Positions 10,421-18,766 of a stretch of DNA of 64,000 nucleotides are shown here, in pieces. Both the position numbers and the translations under genes were made by a program. The number at the start of each line of letters is the position of its first letter. Within the stretch, counting starts at the first letter, position 1. The stretch lies in IMG/VR virus record IMGVR_UViG_3300042305_001483; one strand, written 5' to 3'. The notes under the pieces were generated by a model, which saw nothing but the letters and a program-made list of their open reading frames with translations, did not search any database and was not told where the DNA came from. Source of the stretch: a virus.

Positions 10421-10855
10421 ATGGAACAATTACACCAATTAGCAAAAATAGCATTTGCCAGCGAGTTTAGTTTTTATCTAAAAGCACACCAATTCCATTG
10501 GAACGTAGAAGGTATGTTTTTTGAACCTTTGCATAATCTATTTGGTAAAATTTACGAAGAAGTTTATGAAAGCATAGATGTGTTTGCTGAACAAATTCGT
10601 AGTTTAGATACATATATGCCCGGCAGTTACACTAGACTTAATATGTTAACACAAGTCGAAGACGAAACAGAAATCTTCGACGGTAAGCAAATGGTTGCTG
10701 AATTGCTTAAAGATAATGAAAAAATGAAAGTTATCTTAAAGAAATTGTTCGAAGTCAGTGAAGCAGCAGGCGAACATGGATTTAGTGATTTTATTGCTAG
10801 TAGATTAGATGCTCATGCTAAACACGGTTGGATGTTAAAGGCAACACTTAAATGA
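10421..10855 (+). CDS. dps: Dps / DNA-binding ferritin-like protein
   Basis: HQFHWNVEG..F..LH.LF..IYEE....D..AEQIR ferroxidase signature; KHGWML C-terminus. Confidence 0.93.
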   Translation: MEQLHQLAKIAFASEFSFYLKAHQFHWNVEGMFFEPLHNLFGKIYEEVYESIDVFAEQIRSLDTYMPGSYTRLNMLTQVEDETEIFDGKQMVAELLKDNEKMKVILKKLFEVSEAAGEHGFSDFIASRLDAHAKHGWMLKATLK

Positions 10856-11217
10856 GAGCACGCGAATTCATGGTTGAACGCAAAGGCGGAAAAATGACCA
10901 AGCGTCAACAAAATCCTACCCGCGGCGTTAACAAATACACTGATGACGATAAGTGGAATAGCGATTACAAATTATATAGATTGGGCTTGGCACTGGCTGC
11001 AACTGATGGAAAAACAATGCCAGAGATGGATGAAGAAAGTTGGATCGGTAGATATAAAAGTCTACATCCATATAGTCAATGTGATCAAGATATGATCAAT
11101 GTTGCGGCTAAAGTAGCCGGAGTTAATATACACGATGTAAACAAAGGTGACATGAGAAGTCAAGAAACACCAGATACTTATACAGTAAGTCCAGTGGCGA
11201 ATTGGAGTAAAAAATGA
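10852..11217 (+). CDS. Probable internal head protein
   Basis: Leader MRAREFMVE resembles the T4 capsid-targeting sequence MKTYQEFIAE. Confidence 0.55.
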   Translation: MRAREFMVERKGGKMTKRQQNPTRGVNKYTDDDKWNSDYKLYRLGLALAATDGKTMPEMDEESWIGRYKSLHPYSQCDQDMINVAAKVAGVNIHDVNKGDMRSQETPDTYTVSPVANWSKK

Positions 11218-13163
11218 ACGAAGAATTTAAAAAAGTTAAATTACCTAATGAAACTAGGTACGTTTTAGAAACAACAACTGCAGGTGCTATTGGAACGAAT
11301 AGTATTGCTACTGCGGAAAAACCCCTAGGTGAACTTCAAAGACGACAGACAATTTCTGTGCCTGTTAATCAGAAGCCTCGTCAAGGTCCGATGAAATCAC
11401 AGACCGGTGCAGGTGCGCATCGTGATAAGAAAAAAGAACAAAAACAAGGTAAAGAAAAACATCGTAAGCCTTTTGATGAAGAGAAAGGTGTAGCAGAAGG
11501 AATTGAACAAGCCGATCTAAGTCCAGAGGTTATTGAAATATCCAAGGATCTTTATAAATCCTTGCGTCGTTCAGCCAGAGATTCGTTACGAGCCAAAAAA
11601 ACTATGTTAGTTATTAAGATAACCCGTGAATTGACCCCTCAAGAAAAAAAACTAGTAGATGACACTATGAATCAATCTGGTATTGAGTATCAGATCAAAA
11701 ATAATGTAAACGATTATGTGTATGGAACCTATAAAAATACATTAATCGGTATACCATATACACAATCTACTACGGAACAAGGTGTGGCGGAAACAACAGG
11801 TGACGAAAAATTTGATAAATCAATGAGAAAAATGACTGGAAAAATTACTCCAGGCGATGCTGACGAGATGTGGCCGACACAAGAATTTGAACCAGTTGAT
11901 CTTGATCCATCATACTTGCCAAGTATGGAAAAATACAAGGCAAAATTATTTCCATTGGCTTACCAATACTGGACTGACGGCGACAATGCAGATGAATTAA
12001 GGGCATTAGGATGGGAACCCGATTATGGCGACGACTATGTTATGGTGGTGCTGTCTGGCATCGGACACGACGGTCACATTCAATACGACAAATATGATTT
12101 TGATGCTGAAGATGAAAACAATGAAGGTGTGGCGGAAGGCGATCAAGAACCTGACCACGAAATTAGCATGGCCAGCAACGAACTCCAAAGTATCATGTCT
12201 GATGCTAAAAAATTATTAGTTCTAATCAAACGTTATAGCGAGATGGAAGGGCTAGAAGCATGGCAACAAAGTAAAATTACTAAATCGGCAGATTATTTAA
12301 CTGCTGTATTGCGCAGCATCGGTGGAGAACAAGGTGCGTTAGAATCTCAAGTTAATGAGTACGAAACCCACACTTATAAAGATAGTCAAGGCAATGTATG
12401 GCGTGTCAACGACGAGGGCGAAAAAGAATTACTTCGTGGAGCACCGGGCAGTAGTTATGGCGGTAGCAGATATGGATCAAGATATCCTAGTAGATCATAT
12501 TCAAAGCCTTCAGGAATGTATTTTTATAACGTAAAACCTGGGCAAGAAAATGATGCACAATCTGCTGGTTTAAAACAAAGCAAAAGTGGAAAATGGTATT
12601 CGACTTATCAAAATTCACAAGCAGATAAATTATTTGGTCCAGGAAAGTTTTGGCAACCAAAAAATGAAGCAAGTGTAGCGGAAGGTATGAATTCTTTATC
12701 ATTCTGGAAGCGTGAAGCACAAAAGGCCGGTGGTGCTGCCAATATTGATTGGTATGCTATTGGCGTCGAACACGGCAAACAAGGTATTGTAATGAATCCT
12801 CCATATGGTGTAGGCGCTAAAGCCGTAACATTATACGGCAAAGGATTAGATGCCGGTCAGCAAGGTGTAGCGGAAGGCAAGAAAAAAGGTGTAGATGGTA
12901 AAGCCTGCTGGAAAGGTTACAAACGTATGGGCACTAAAAAGAAAGGTGGCCGCACTGTAGACAACTGTGTACCAGTAGGCGAGGATTCTTATATCGAAAG
13001 TCTTATGAATCAACTATATGAAAAGGCTCCTCCAGGAGACAAATATGAACGTATAGTCAAGCATATTAAAGCAGGATATAGAAAAGACGGTAAACTAACT
13101 GATGTAGAAAAACGCAAGGCCTACGGTGCTGCTTGGAAGGCAAAAAATAAATCAAAAAAGTAA
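11214..13163 (+). CDS. Modular polyprotein with GVAE junctions, probable protease-processed head protein
   Basis: Five (G/S)VAE motifs separate unrelated modules, including WQQSKITKSADYL and CWKGYKRMGTKKKGG..NCVP. Confidence 0.7.
   Translation: MNEEFKKVKLPNETRYVLETTTAGAIGTNSIATAEKPLGELQRRQTISVPVNQKPRQGPMKSQTGAGAHRDKKKEQKQGKEKHRKPFDEEKGVAEGIEQADLSPEVIEISKDLYKSLRRSARDSLRAKKTMLVIKITRELTPQEKKLVDDTMNQSGIEYQIKNNVNDYVYGTYKNTLIGIPYTQSTTEQGVAETTGDEKFDKSMRKMTGKITPGDADEMWPTQEFEPVDLDPSYLPSMEKYKAKLFPLAYQYWTDGDNADELRALGWEPDYGDDYVMVVLSGIGHDGHIQYDKYDFDAEDENNEGVAEGDQEPDHEISMASNELQSIMSDAKKLLVLIKRYSEMEGLEAWQQSKITKSADYLTAVLRSIGGEQGALESQVNEYETHTYKDSQGNVWRVNDEGEKELLRGAPGSSYGGSRYGSRYPSRSYSKPSGMYFYNVKPGQENDAQSAGLKQSKSGKWYSTYQNSQADKLFGPGKFWQPKNEASVAEGMNSLSFWKREAQKAGGAANIDWYAIGVEHGKQGIVMNPPYGVGAKAVTLYGKGLDAGQQGVAEGKKKGVDGKACWKGYKRMGTKKKGGRTVDNCVPVGEDSYIESLMNQLYEKAPPGDKYERIVKHIKAGYRKDGKLTDVEKRKAYGAAWKAKNKSKK
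11485..12878 (+). repeat. Dispersed in-frame direct repeat, consensus AAGGTGTRGCGGAAGG, 5 copies
   Basis: Copies with the G/S codon at 11487, 11781, 12126, 12672 and 12864. Confidence 0.85.
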
Positions 13164-13203
13164 GTGAGCAGGAACCGCAAGATCCGGCACAGGATCCTGC
13201 TCA
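13135..13203 (+). promoter_or_regulatory. Candidate programmed -1 ribosomal frameshift signal
   Basis: SD-like GGAAGG 13135-13140, in-frame A_AAA_AAG 13154-13160 followed by TAA, 9 bp stem TGAGCAGGA/TCCTGCTCA 13165-13203. Confidence 0.65.
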
Positions 13204-13381
13204 AGATAAACCTAAATTAAAGCCGGCAGTAAAATTAACTCCTGCCGTGTCATTGGATCAATGGGAACAAACTTTTTTAGATGCTGACCCAGAAAGATAT
13301 CATCAATTTAGAAATAAAACTCCTGCTAAAAAAATTCAAATGGCACAGTCTGCTAGAAAACACGCTATTGAGAAAAACTGA
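13160..13381 (+). CDS. Start-less -1 frame ORF (73 aa), predicted frameshift extension of the 11214 polyprotein
   Basis: VSEQEPQDPAQDPAQDKPK...ARKHAIEKN*; fills the gap exactly and its TGA overlaps the next ATG (TGATG); the frame is closed upstream by TAA 13148-13150. Confidence 0.7.
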   Translation, partial: VSEQEPQDPAQDPAQDKPKLKPAVKLTPAVSLDQWEQTFLDADPERYHQFRNKTPAKKIQMAQSARKHAIEKN

Positions 13382-13809
13382 TGAGAAATTTTATAACATT
13401 AGTCGAATCGGCAAATAAAGGTTGCCCAATTGCCACACATAACATAGATATTAATTTAAAAAATCGGCAAAAAGCCATAGACGAATATCACTACGGGCCA
13501 GCCAATCCCGATAAACCAGAAGATTATTGGAAAAAATCTGCTAAGATATTTGGAGTAAGTGAGACAACTGCTAAAACAATGCGATGCGGTAATTGTGCAG
13601 CATTCGATGTTAGCGATAGCATGAGGGAATGCATTGCAACTGGGATTAAAGGCAACGAAAAAAATATTGACCCAAACGCAACTATAAATCTCAGCGATCT
13701 AGGATATTGTAATTTTTTACATTTTAAATGTGCAGGTAGTCGCAGTTGTAAAGCATGGGTTACCGGAGGCCCAATTACTGAAAAAGATAAAGGTAAGAAA
13801 GCAGATTAA
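13381..13809 (+). CDS. Cys-rich protein, possible HiPIP-like Fe-S or Zn binder, with head-targeting-like leader
   Basis: MRNFITLVE leader; RCGNCAAF...GYC..LHFKCAGSRSCKAW. Confidence 0.5.
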   Translation: MRNFITLVESANKGCPIATHNIDINLKNRQKAIDEYHYGPANPDKPEDYWKKSAKIFGVSETTAKTMRCGNCAAFDVSDSMRECIATGIKGNEKNIDPNATINLSDLGYCNFLHFKCAGSRSCKAWVTGGPITEKDKGKKAD

Positions 13810-13810
13810 C

Positions 13811-14374
13811 ATGAGATTTAAAGAGTTAAATGAAATTAGTCCTCCGACCTTTAAGGGTAGTTTAACTCCCGATCTGCTAAAAAGTAAACTTTGGCTATGC
13901 CAAAATTTAAAAGTGTTAAATCGAGAAAAATTCTCAACAATTTATATATTAGGATCGTGGTACGGCACAATGGCAATAATGCTAGACCGATGCGGAATAA
14001 AATTTAAAAAAGTGATTAATGTTGATTTAGACAAAAATCATATTGCTATTTCTAAAAAAATACTTTCAGCATTAAAAATAAATCATCAGTGTATCCAAAA
14101 AGATGTTAACACGTTAAAATTTGAACAATTGGATAAAAACAGTCTAATTATTAACACTTCAATAAACGACATTAATGGAACAGAATGGTTTGATAAAATT
14201 CCAGATGGGACATTGATAGCACTACAAAGTAGAAACAATGCCAACGGAGTATACGATACATTAGAAGAATTAGATCAAGAATTTTTTCTTACTGATACCT
14301 TAGTTTTAGACGAAAAAACTTTCGAAGATCCAGAGACTCAATATCAAAGATTTATGAAAATTGGCATTAAATGA
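13811..14374 (+). CDS. Class I SAM-dependent methyltransferase-like protein (start moved to ATG 13811)
   Basis: IYILGSWYG motif I-like, VINVDLD, IINTS; leader MRFKELNE. Confidence 0.6.
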   Translation: MRFKELNEISPPTFKGSLTPDLLKSKLWLCQNLKVLNREKFSTIYILGSWYGTMAIMLDRCGIKFKKVINVDLDKNHIAISKKILSALKINHQCIQKDVNTLKFEQLDKNSLIINTSINDINGTEWFDKIPDGTLIALQSRNNANGVYDTLEELDQEFFLTDTLVLDEKTFEDPETQYQRFMKIGIK

Positions 14375-14375
14375 T

Positions 14376-14405
14376 TTGACTTTAATCCTTTAATTTTTAT
14401 ATAAT
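14376..14405 (+). promoter_or_regulatory. Sigma70-type early promoter
   Basis: TTGACT-18 nt-TATAAT, followed by AAGGAG SD. Confidence 0.7.
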
Positions 14406-14425
14406 TAAATTATTAAGGAGAAATT

Positions 14426-14695
14426 ATGAGTAAATCATTCGGGACCCCCGAGCAGGCCAAAATTAAACAAATTATTTCAGAAGGTGTTACTGTTCTACAA
14501 GAAATTCAAGATCTTACTGAAGGGCTAAATGAAACTATTAAAGCCGTTGCACAAGAGTTAGATGTTAAACCCAGTGTAATTCGAAAAGCAATTCGTATTG
14601 CACTTAAAGATCAATGGGATCAGGTATTCCGTGAATTTGATGACCTCGAAACTATTGTCGATATCAGCGGACATGCTAATCGCCGTGAAGACTAA
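14426..14695 (+). CDS. T4 DsbA/GapR-like dsDNA-binding protein
   Basis: 89 aa helical protein with IKAVAQELDVKPSVIRKAIRIA pattern. Confidence 0.6.
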   Translation: MSKSFGTPEQAKIKQIISEGVTVLQEIQDLTEGLNETIKAVAQELDVKPSVIRKAIRIALKDQWDQVFREFDDLETIVDISGHANRRED

Positions 14696-14697
14696 AA

Positions 14698-14988
14698 ATG
14701 TTAGATTTGTTAAAGCCAACATTTGATTGGATTCGAGATGACTTTCGTTCTTATCCTTTTAGGTTCATTGTTGAGTTGGGTGCTTGGGCAATATCTATTG
14801 GTTGTGCAATCACAATGGCCCTTACAGTCCCAACGCCGCCGCTTCTCGTTCTATATCCTATTTGGATTACAGGTTGTGCTATGTACGCTTGGGCTGCTTA
14901 CACTCGTCAATCCTTCGGAATGCTCGCAAACTATCTATTACTTACCACAATCGATTCAGTGGGTTTAATTCGGATGTTAATACAATGA
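14698..14988 (+). CDS. Small membrane protein
   Basis: 96 aa with about three hydrophobic segments. Confidence 0.65.
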   Translation: MLDLLKPTFDWIRDDFRSYPFRFIVELGAWAISIGCAITMALTVPTPPLLVLYPIWITGCAMYAWAAYTRQSFGMLANYLLLTTIDSVGLIRMLIQ

Positions 14989-15089
14989 TTAGATTATTAA
15001 AATCACTTTTCCAAAAGTGGAGACAAAAAAAGCAATTAAAACAAAGAATTAAAGAATTGCGAAAAAGAGATCCATTTATCTATAAATGA
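14985..15089 (+). CDS. Small basic protein (34 aa)
   Basis: MIRLLKSLFQKWRQKKQLKQRIKELRKRDPFIYK; ATGA overlaps at both ends. Confidence 0.55.
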   Translation: MIRLLKSLFQKWRQKKQLKQRIKELRKRDPFIYK

Positions 15090-15961
15090 AAATTTTTGGA
15101 ATTAACGCACTCAATCACGACACAAGTATATGCGTGTTCGATAAAGACATACTTTTTCATAAAAAATCAAAAAACAGTCTTTATTTAACTAATGATCTTG
15201 TGGAAGAAGCAAAGAAATTTGGAAATCCAGATGTGATTGCGTGGTACGAAAACCCTTGGCTTAAAAAAACAAGACAGATCTATGCCGGTCAATTTAAAGA
15301 TGCATTATCTTTTAAAAATTTGCCGTCTGTATATCTAAAACAATTTAATTTAAATTCAATTCCTATTTTTTATGCACCCCATCATCTAAGTCATGCACAT
15401 TTTGGTGTTTATTCTAGCGGTTTTGATAATACGGCTGTACTAGTAGTAGATGCTATCGGAGAGTGGAATACTGTCAGCATTTGGAATTACAGTTATGGAA
15501 ATTTTGAACGTGTTATGGTTAAAAACTACCCATATAGTTTAGGTTTATTTTATTCAGCATTTACAGAGTTAATTGGATTAAAACCAGTTCGAGATGAATC
15601 TGTATTAATGAATATAAGTCAAAAAGGAAATCCTTGGATTTACCACGATAAAGTTAAATCTTATTTAGATAAAAATTTGCATAAAGGAATATGGGATTGG
15701 GACGTTAACACAAGTAATAGCAACGATACAATTAATATTGCGGCTTCGGTTCAGTTTGTGTTCGAGAAAGAAATTATTAAATTAGCCAATATTGCAAGGC
15801 AGTATAGTAATAAACTTGTATTTACTGGAGGTTGTGCGTATAATAAATTTGTACACAACAAAATTAAGATTTTATTCAAAGATTTTCATGTGCCAAATTT
15901 TCCCGGTGATGCCGGTTCTAGTATAGGTGCCGCTTTATATATCAGCAAAAAAATTCTATAA
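15086..15961 (+). CDS. Carbamoyltransferase (NodU/CmcH/TobZ family), Kae1-like domain only
   Basis: NHDTS, HHLSHA, VVDAIGEW, SLGLFYS, GGCAYN, GDAGSSIGAA; no YrdC-like C-terminal domain. Confidence 0.8.
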   Translation: MKIFGINALNHDTSICVFDKDILFHKKSKNSLYLTNDLVEEAKKFGNPDVIAWYENPWLKKTRQIYAGQFKDALSFKNLPSVYLKQFNLNSIPIFYAPHHLSHAHFGVYSSGFDNTAVLVVDAIGEWNTVSIWNYSYGNFERVMVKNYPYSLGLFYSAFTELIGLKPVRDESVLMNISQKGNPWIYHDKVKSYLDKNLHKGIWDWDVNTSNSNDTINIAASVQFVFEKEIIKLANIARQYSNKLVFTGGCAYNKFVHNKIKILFKDFHVPNFPGDAGSSIGAALYISKKIL

Positions 15962-16033
15962 TAAATAATTTTGTTCAAGGTTAGCGAGCCATAATTCGCA
16001 TTATTAAGGTTAACCGGCCATAAACGGTAGGAG
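15962..16033 (+). promoter_or_regulatory. TAAATA box plus tandem hairpin leader of the DNA polymerase gene (candidate translational operator)
   Basis: AAGGTTA-GCGA-GCCATAAT-TCGC and AAGGTTA-ACCG-GCCATAAA-CGGT directly before the AGGAG SD. Confidence 0.6.
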
Positions 16034-16038
16034 AAAAA

Positions 16039-18711
16039 ATGAGTTACGTTGATGCTATCTGGGATAGAGAAAAGGACACCGTTTTTGTTGTTGAACGAGA
16101 CAATAAGAAAGGCAGAATTTATCAAGAATATCCTGCAAGATATATTTTTTATTACCCCGATACAAAAGGGAAACACCGATCAATATACGGAGAAAGTCTA
16201 AGTCGTGTATTGTGCAAGAATTACAAAGACTTTCAAAAAGAACAACGAGTTTATAGCAATCATAAACTTTTTGAACATGACATTAATCCAATCTTTAGAA
16301 CATTAGAAGAAAACTATTTAGGTCGAGATGCACCAAAATTACATGCAGCATTTTTTGACATCGAAGTAGATTTTGATCCCGAAAGAGGATACGCTAGTCC
16401 AGATGATGCATTTATGCCAATAACGGCAATTACTGTATGTCTTCAATGGCTTGATGTCTTAGTAACACTAGCAGTTCCACCAAAAACACTAACTATCAGT
16501 CAAGCAACCGAATTAGTTAAAGACTTCCCCAACACTCACTTGTTCGAAACTGAAGGTGAAATGTTAGAAATGTTCTTACAATTAATTGAAGATGCAGATG
16601 TGTTAAGCGGATGGAACAGCGAAGGTTTTGATATTCCTTATACTGTTAATAGAGTTGCAAAAGTTTTAAGTAAAGACGACACTAGAAGTTTCTGCTTATG
16701 GAATAAGTTTCCTAAAAAGCGTGAATATGAAAAATTTGGTAAAGCCGCAACTACTTACGACTTAGTCGGTCGTGTACATATGGACAGTCTCGAACTATAT
16801 CGCAAGTATACATATGAAGAACGACATAGTTATAGATTAGATGCTATCGCTGAATACGAATTAGGTGAAACTAAAACAGTTTACGAAGGAACCCTAGATC
16901 AGTTATATAACAATGACTTTCGAAAGTTTATAGAATATAACAGACAGGACGTTTCTCTGTTAGATAAACTAGATAAAAAATTAAAATTTTTAGATCTAGC
17001 CAATACAATTGCACACGAAAATACAGTTTTGCTACAAACAACACTCGGGGCTGTTGCTGTCACTGAACAGGCTATTATTAATGAATCACATCAGAGAGGA
17101 TTGATTGTTCCTAGCAGATCAAACAGAGACGAATTAGGAGATACACAAGCCGCAGGTGCATATGTTGCATACCCTAAAAAAGGTCTTCACGACTGGATAG
17201 GATCAATGGACATTAACAGTCTATACCCTTCAGTAATTCGTGCGTTAAACATGGGTCCAGAAACTATTGTAGGACAATTAAGACCTGTAAAAACTGATCA
17301 ATTTATACATGAGCAAATGAATTTGCATAAAAAATCGTTTGCAGCAGCATGGGAAGGTATGTTTGGTACATTTGAGTATGAGGCTGTCATGCGGCAAGAT
17401 CGAGCATTTGAAATTACGTTAGATTTAGAAAACGGAGAGACTCATATTTTAAGTGCGGCTCAAGTTTATCAACTTATTTTTGAAAATAATAAGCCATGGA
17501 TGTTAAGTGCTAACGGAACAATTTTTAGTTACGAAAACGAAGGTATTATTCCCGGATTGCTAAAAAGATGGTATTCAGAACGTAAAGAGTTACAGGCTAA
17601 ATTAAAGGAAGCAATTAAAGCCGAAAATAAAATTGAAGAAGAATATTGGGATAAAAGACAACTAGTTAAAAAGATTAATCTAAACAGTTTATACGGAGCC
17701 ATTCTTAATGTCGGATGTAGATTTTTTGATAAAAGAATTGGTCAGAGCACTACGTTAACTGGAAGACAAATTGCCAAGCACATGGCTAGCAAAATTAATG
17801 AAGTAATTACTGGAGAATACGATCACACTGGAAAGAGCATCATTTATGGTGATACTGACTCTGCTTACTTCAGTGCATACAGTACATTAAAAATTGACAT
17901 TCAGAAAAACTTAGTCCCCTGGGATAAAGATATTGTTATTCAACTTTATAACACTATTGCAGAAACAGTTAATGCCACTTTTCCTCATTTTATGCAAGAT
18001 TCATTTCATTGTCCAAAATCTAGAGGAGAAGTAATTAAAGCAGGTAGAGAAATTGTTGCCAGTAAAGGCCTCTTTATTACAAAGAAAAGGTATGCTGTTC
18101 TTTATTACGACAAAGAAGGTAAAAGACTAGACGTCGACGGTAAACCTGGTAAAATTAAAGCAATGGGATTAGACTTAAAACGTGCAGATACTCCAGAATT
18201 TATGCAGATATTTTTAGAAGAAATTTTAACCAAGGTACTAAACGGTGCTCAAGAAAAAGAAATATTGGAGAGAATTAGTGAGTTCAGAACAGAATTTAAA
18301 ACTCGCCCAGGATGGGAAAAAGGTTCGCCCAAACGAGCCAACAACATTACAGAATACGAAGATAAAGAGAAGAAGGCTGGCAAGGCAAATATGCCTGGTC
18401 ATGTCCGAGCAAGTATTAATTGGAATACGCTCCGTAAGATGAATGGTGACAAATATTCTATAGGAATCGTTGATGGAATGAAAGTCATCGTCTGCAAAAT
18501 GAAAGATAATCCCCTAGGATTTACCAGTGTTGCATATCCTGTAGACGAACTTAGACTACCTAAATGGTTTCAAGAATTACCGTTTGATCATGCAGAAATG
18601 GAAGCCACAATTATTAACAACAAATTAGACAACCTAATTGGTGTTTTAGAGTGGGACCTAAACTCAACTAAAGATGATAATATGTTCGGAAAATTGTTTT
18701 CCTTTAATTAA
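16039..18711 (+). CDS. gp43: Family B DNA polymerase (T4 gp43-like) with 3'-5' exonuclease
   Basis: FDIEVD, GWNSEGFDIPY, DINSLYPS, KINLNSLYG, YGDTDS, KKRYA. Confidence 0.97.
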   Translation: MSYVDAIWDREKDTVFVVERDNKKGRIYQEYPARYIFYYPDTKGKHRSIYGESLSRVLCKNYKDFQKEQRVYSNHKLFEHDINPIFRTLEENYLGRDAPKLHAAFFDIEVDFDPERGYASPDDAFMPITAITVCLQWLDVLVTLAVPPKTLTISQATELVKDFPNTHLFETEGEMLEMFLQLIEDADVLSGWNSEGFDIPYTVNRVAKVLSKDDTRSFCLWNKFPKKREYEKFGKAATTYDLVGRVHMDSLELYRKYTYEERHSYRLDAIAEYELGETKTVYEGTLDQLYNNDFRKFIEYNRQDVSLLDKLDKKLKFLDLANTIAHENTVLLQTTLGAVAVTEQAIINESHQRGLIVPSRSNRDELGDTQAAGAYVAYPKKGLHDWIGSMDINSLYPSVIRALNMGPETIVGQLRPVKTDQFIHEQMNLHKKSFAAAWEGMFGTFEYEAVMRQDRAFEITLDLENGETHILSAAQVYQLIFENNKPWMLSANGTIFSYENEGIIPGLLKRWYSERKELQAKLKEAIKAENKIEEEYWDKRQLVKKINLNSLYGAILNVGCRFFDKRIGQSTTLTGRQIAKHMASKINEVITGEYDHTGKSIIYGDTDSAYFSAYSTLKIDIQKNLVPWDKDIVIQLYNTIAETVNATFPHFMQDSFHCPKSRGEVIKAGREIVASKGLFITKKRYAVLYYDKEGKRLDVDGKPGKIKAMGLDLKRADTPEFMQIFLEEILTKVLNGAQEKEILERISEFRTEFKTRPGWEKGSPKRANNITEYEDKEKKAGKANMPGHVRASINWNTLRKMNGDKYSIGIVDGMKVIVCKMKDNPLGFTSVAYPVDELRLPKWFQELPFDHAEMEATIINNKLDNLIGVLEWDLNSTKDDNMFGKLFSFN

Positions 18712-18720
18712 AAAAAATTG

Positions 18721-18749
18721 TTGACTTTTATCATTAACCTAAATAAAAT
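18721..18749 (+). promoter_or_regulatory. Sigma70-type promoter overlapping a TAAATA box (18740-18745)
   Basis: TTGACT-17 nt-TAAAAT. Confidence 0.65.
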
Positions 18750-18766
18750 AACAGAAAGGATTTTAT

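Noticed and set aside
11485-12878. GVAE repeats as a CRISPR array or classical integron attC sites
   Set aside because: Spacing is 192-546 bp, repeats are short, non-palindromic and in frame; no cas or integrase gene in the window
13165-13203. Hairpin as an intrinsic terminator
   Set aside because: No U-tract follows and it lies in an open -1 frame; it fits a frameshift stimulator better
16039-18711. Intein or intron in the polymerase or other replication genes
   Set aside because: Motifs are contiguous, lengths are normal and no splicing or homing-endonuclease motifs were seen
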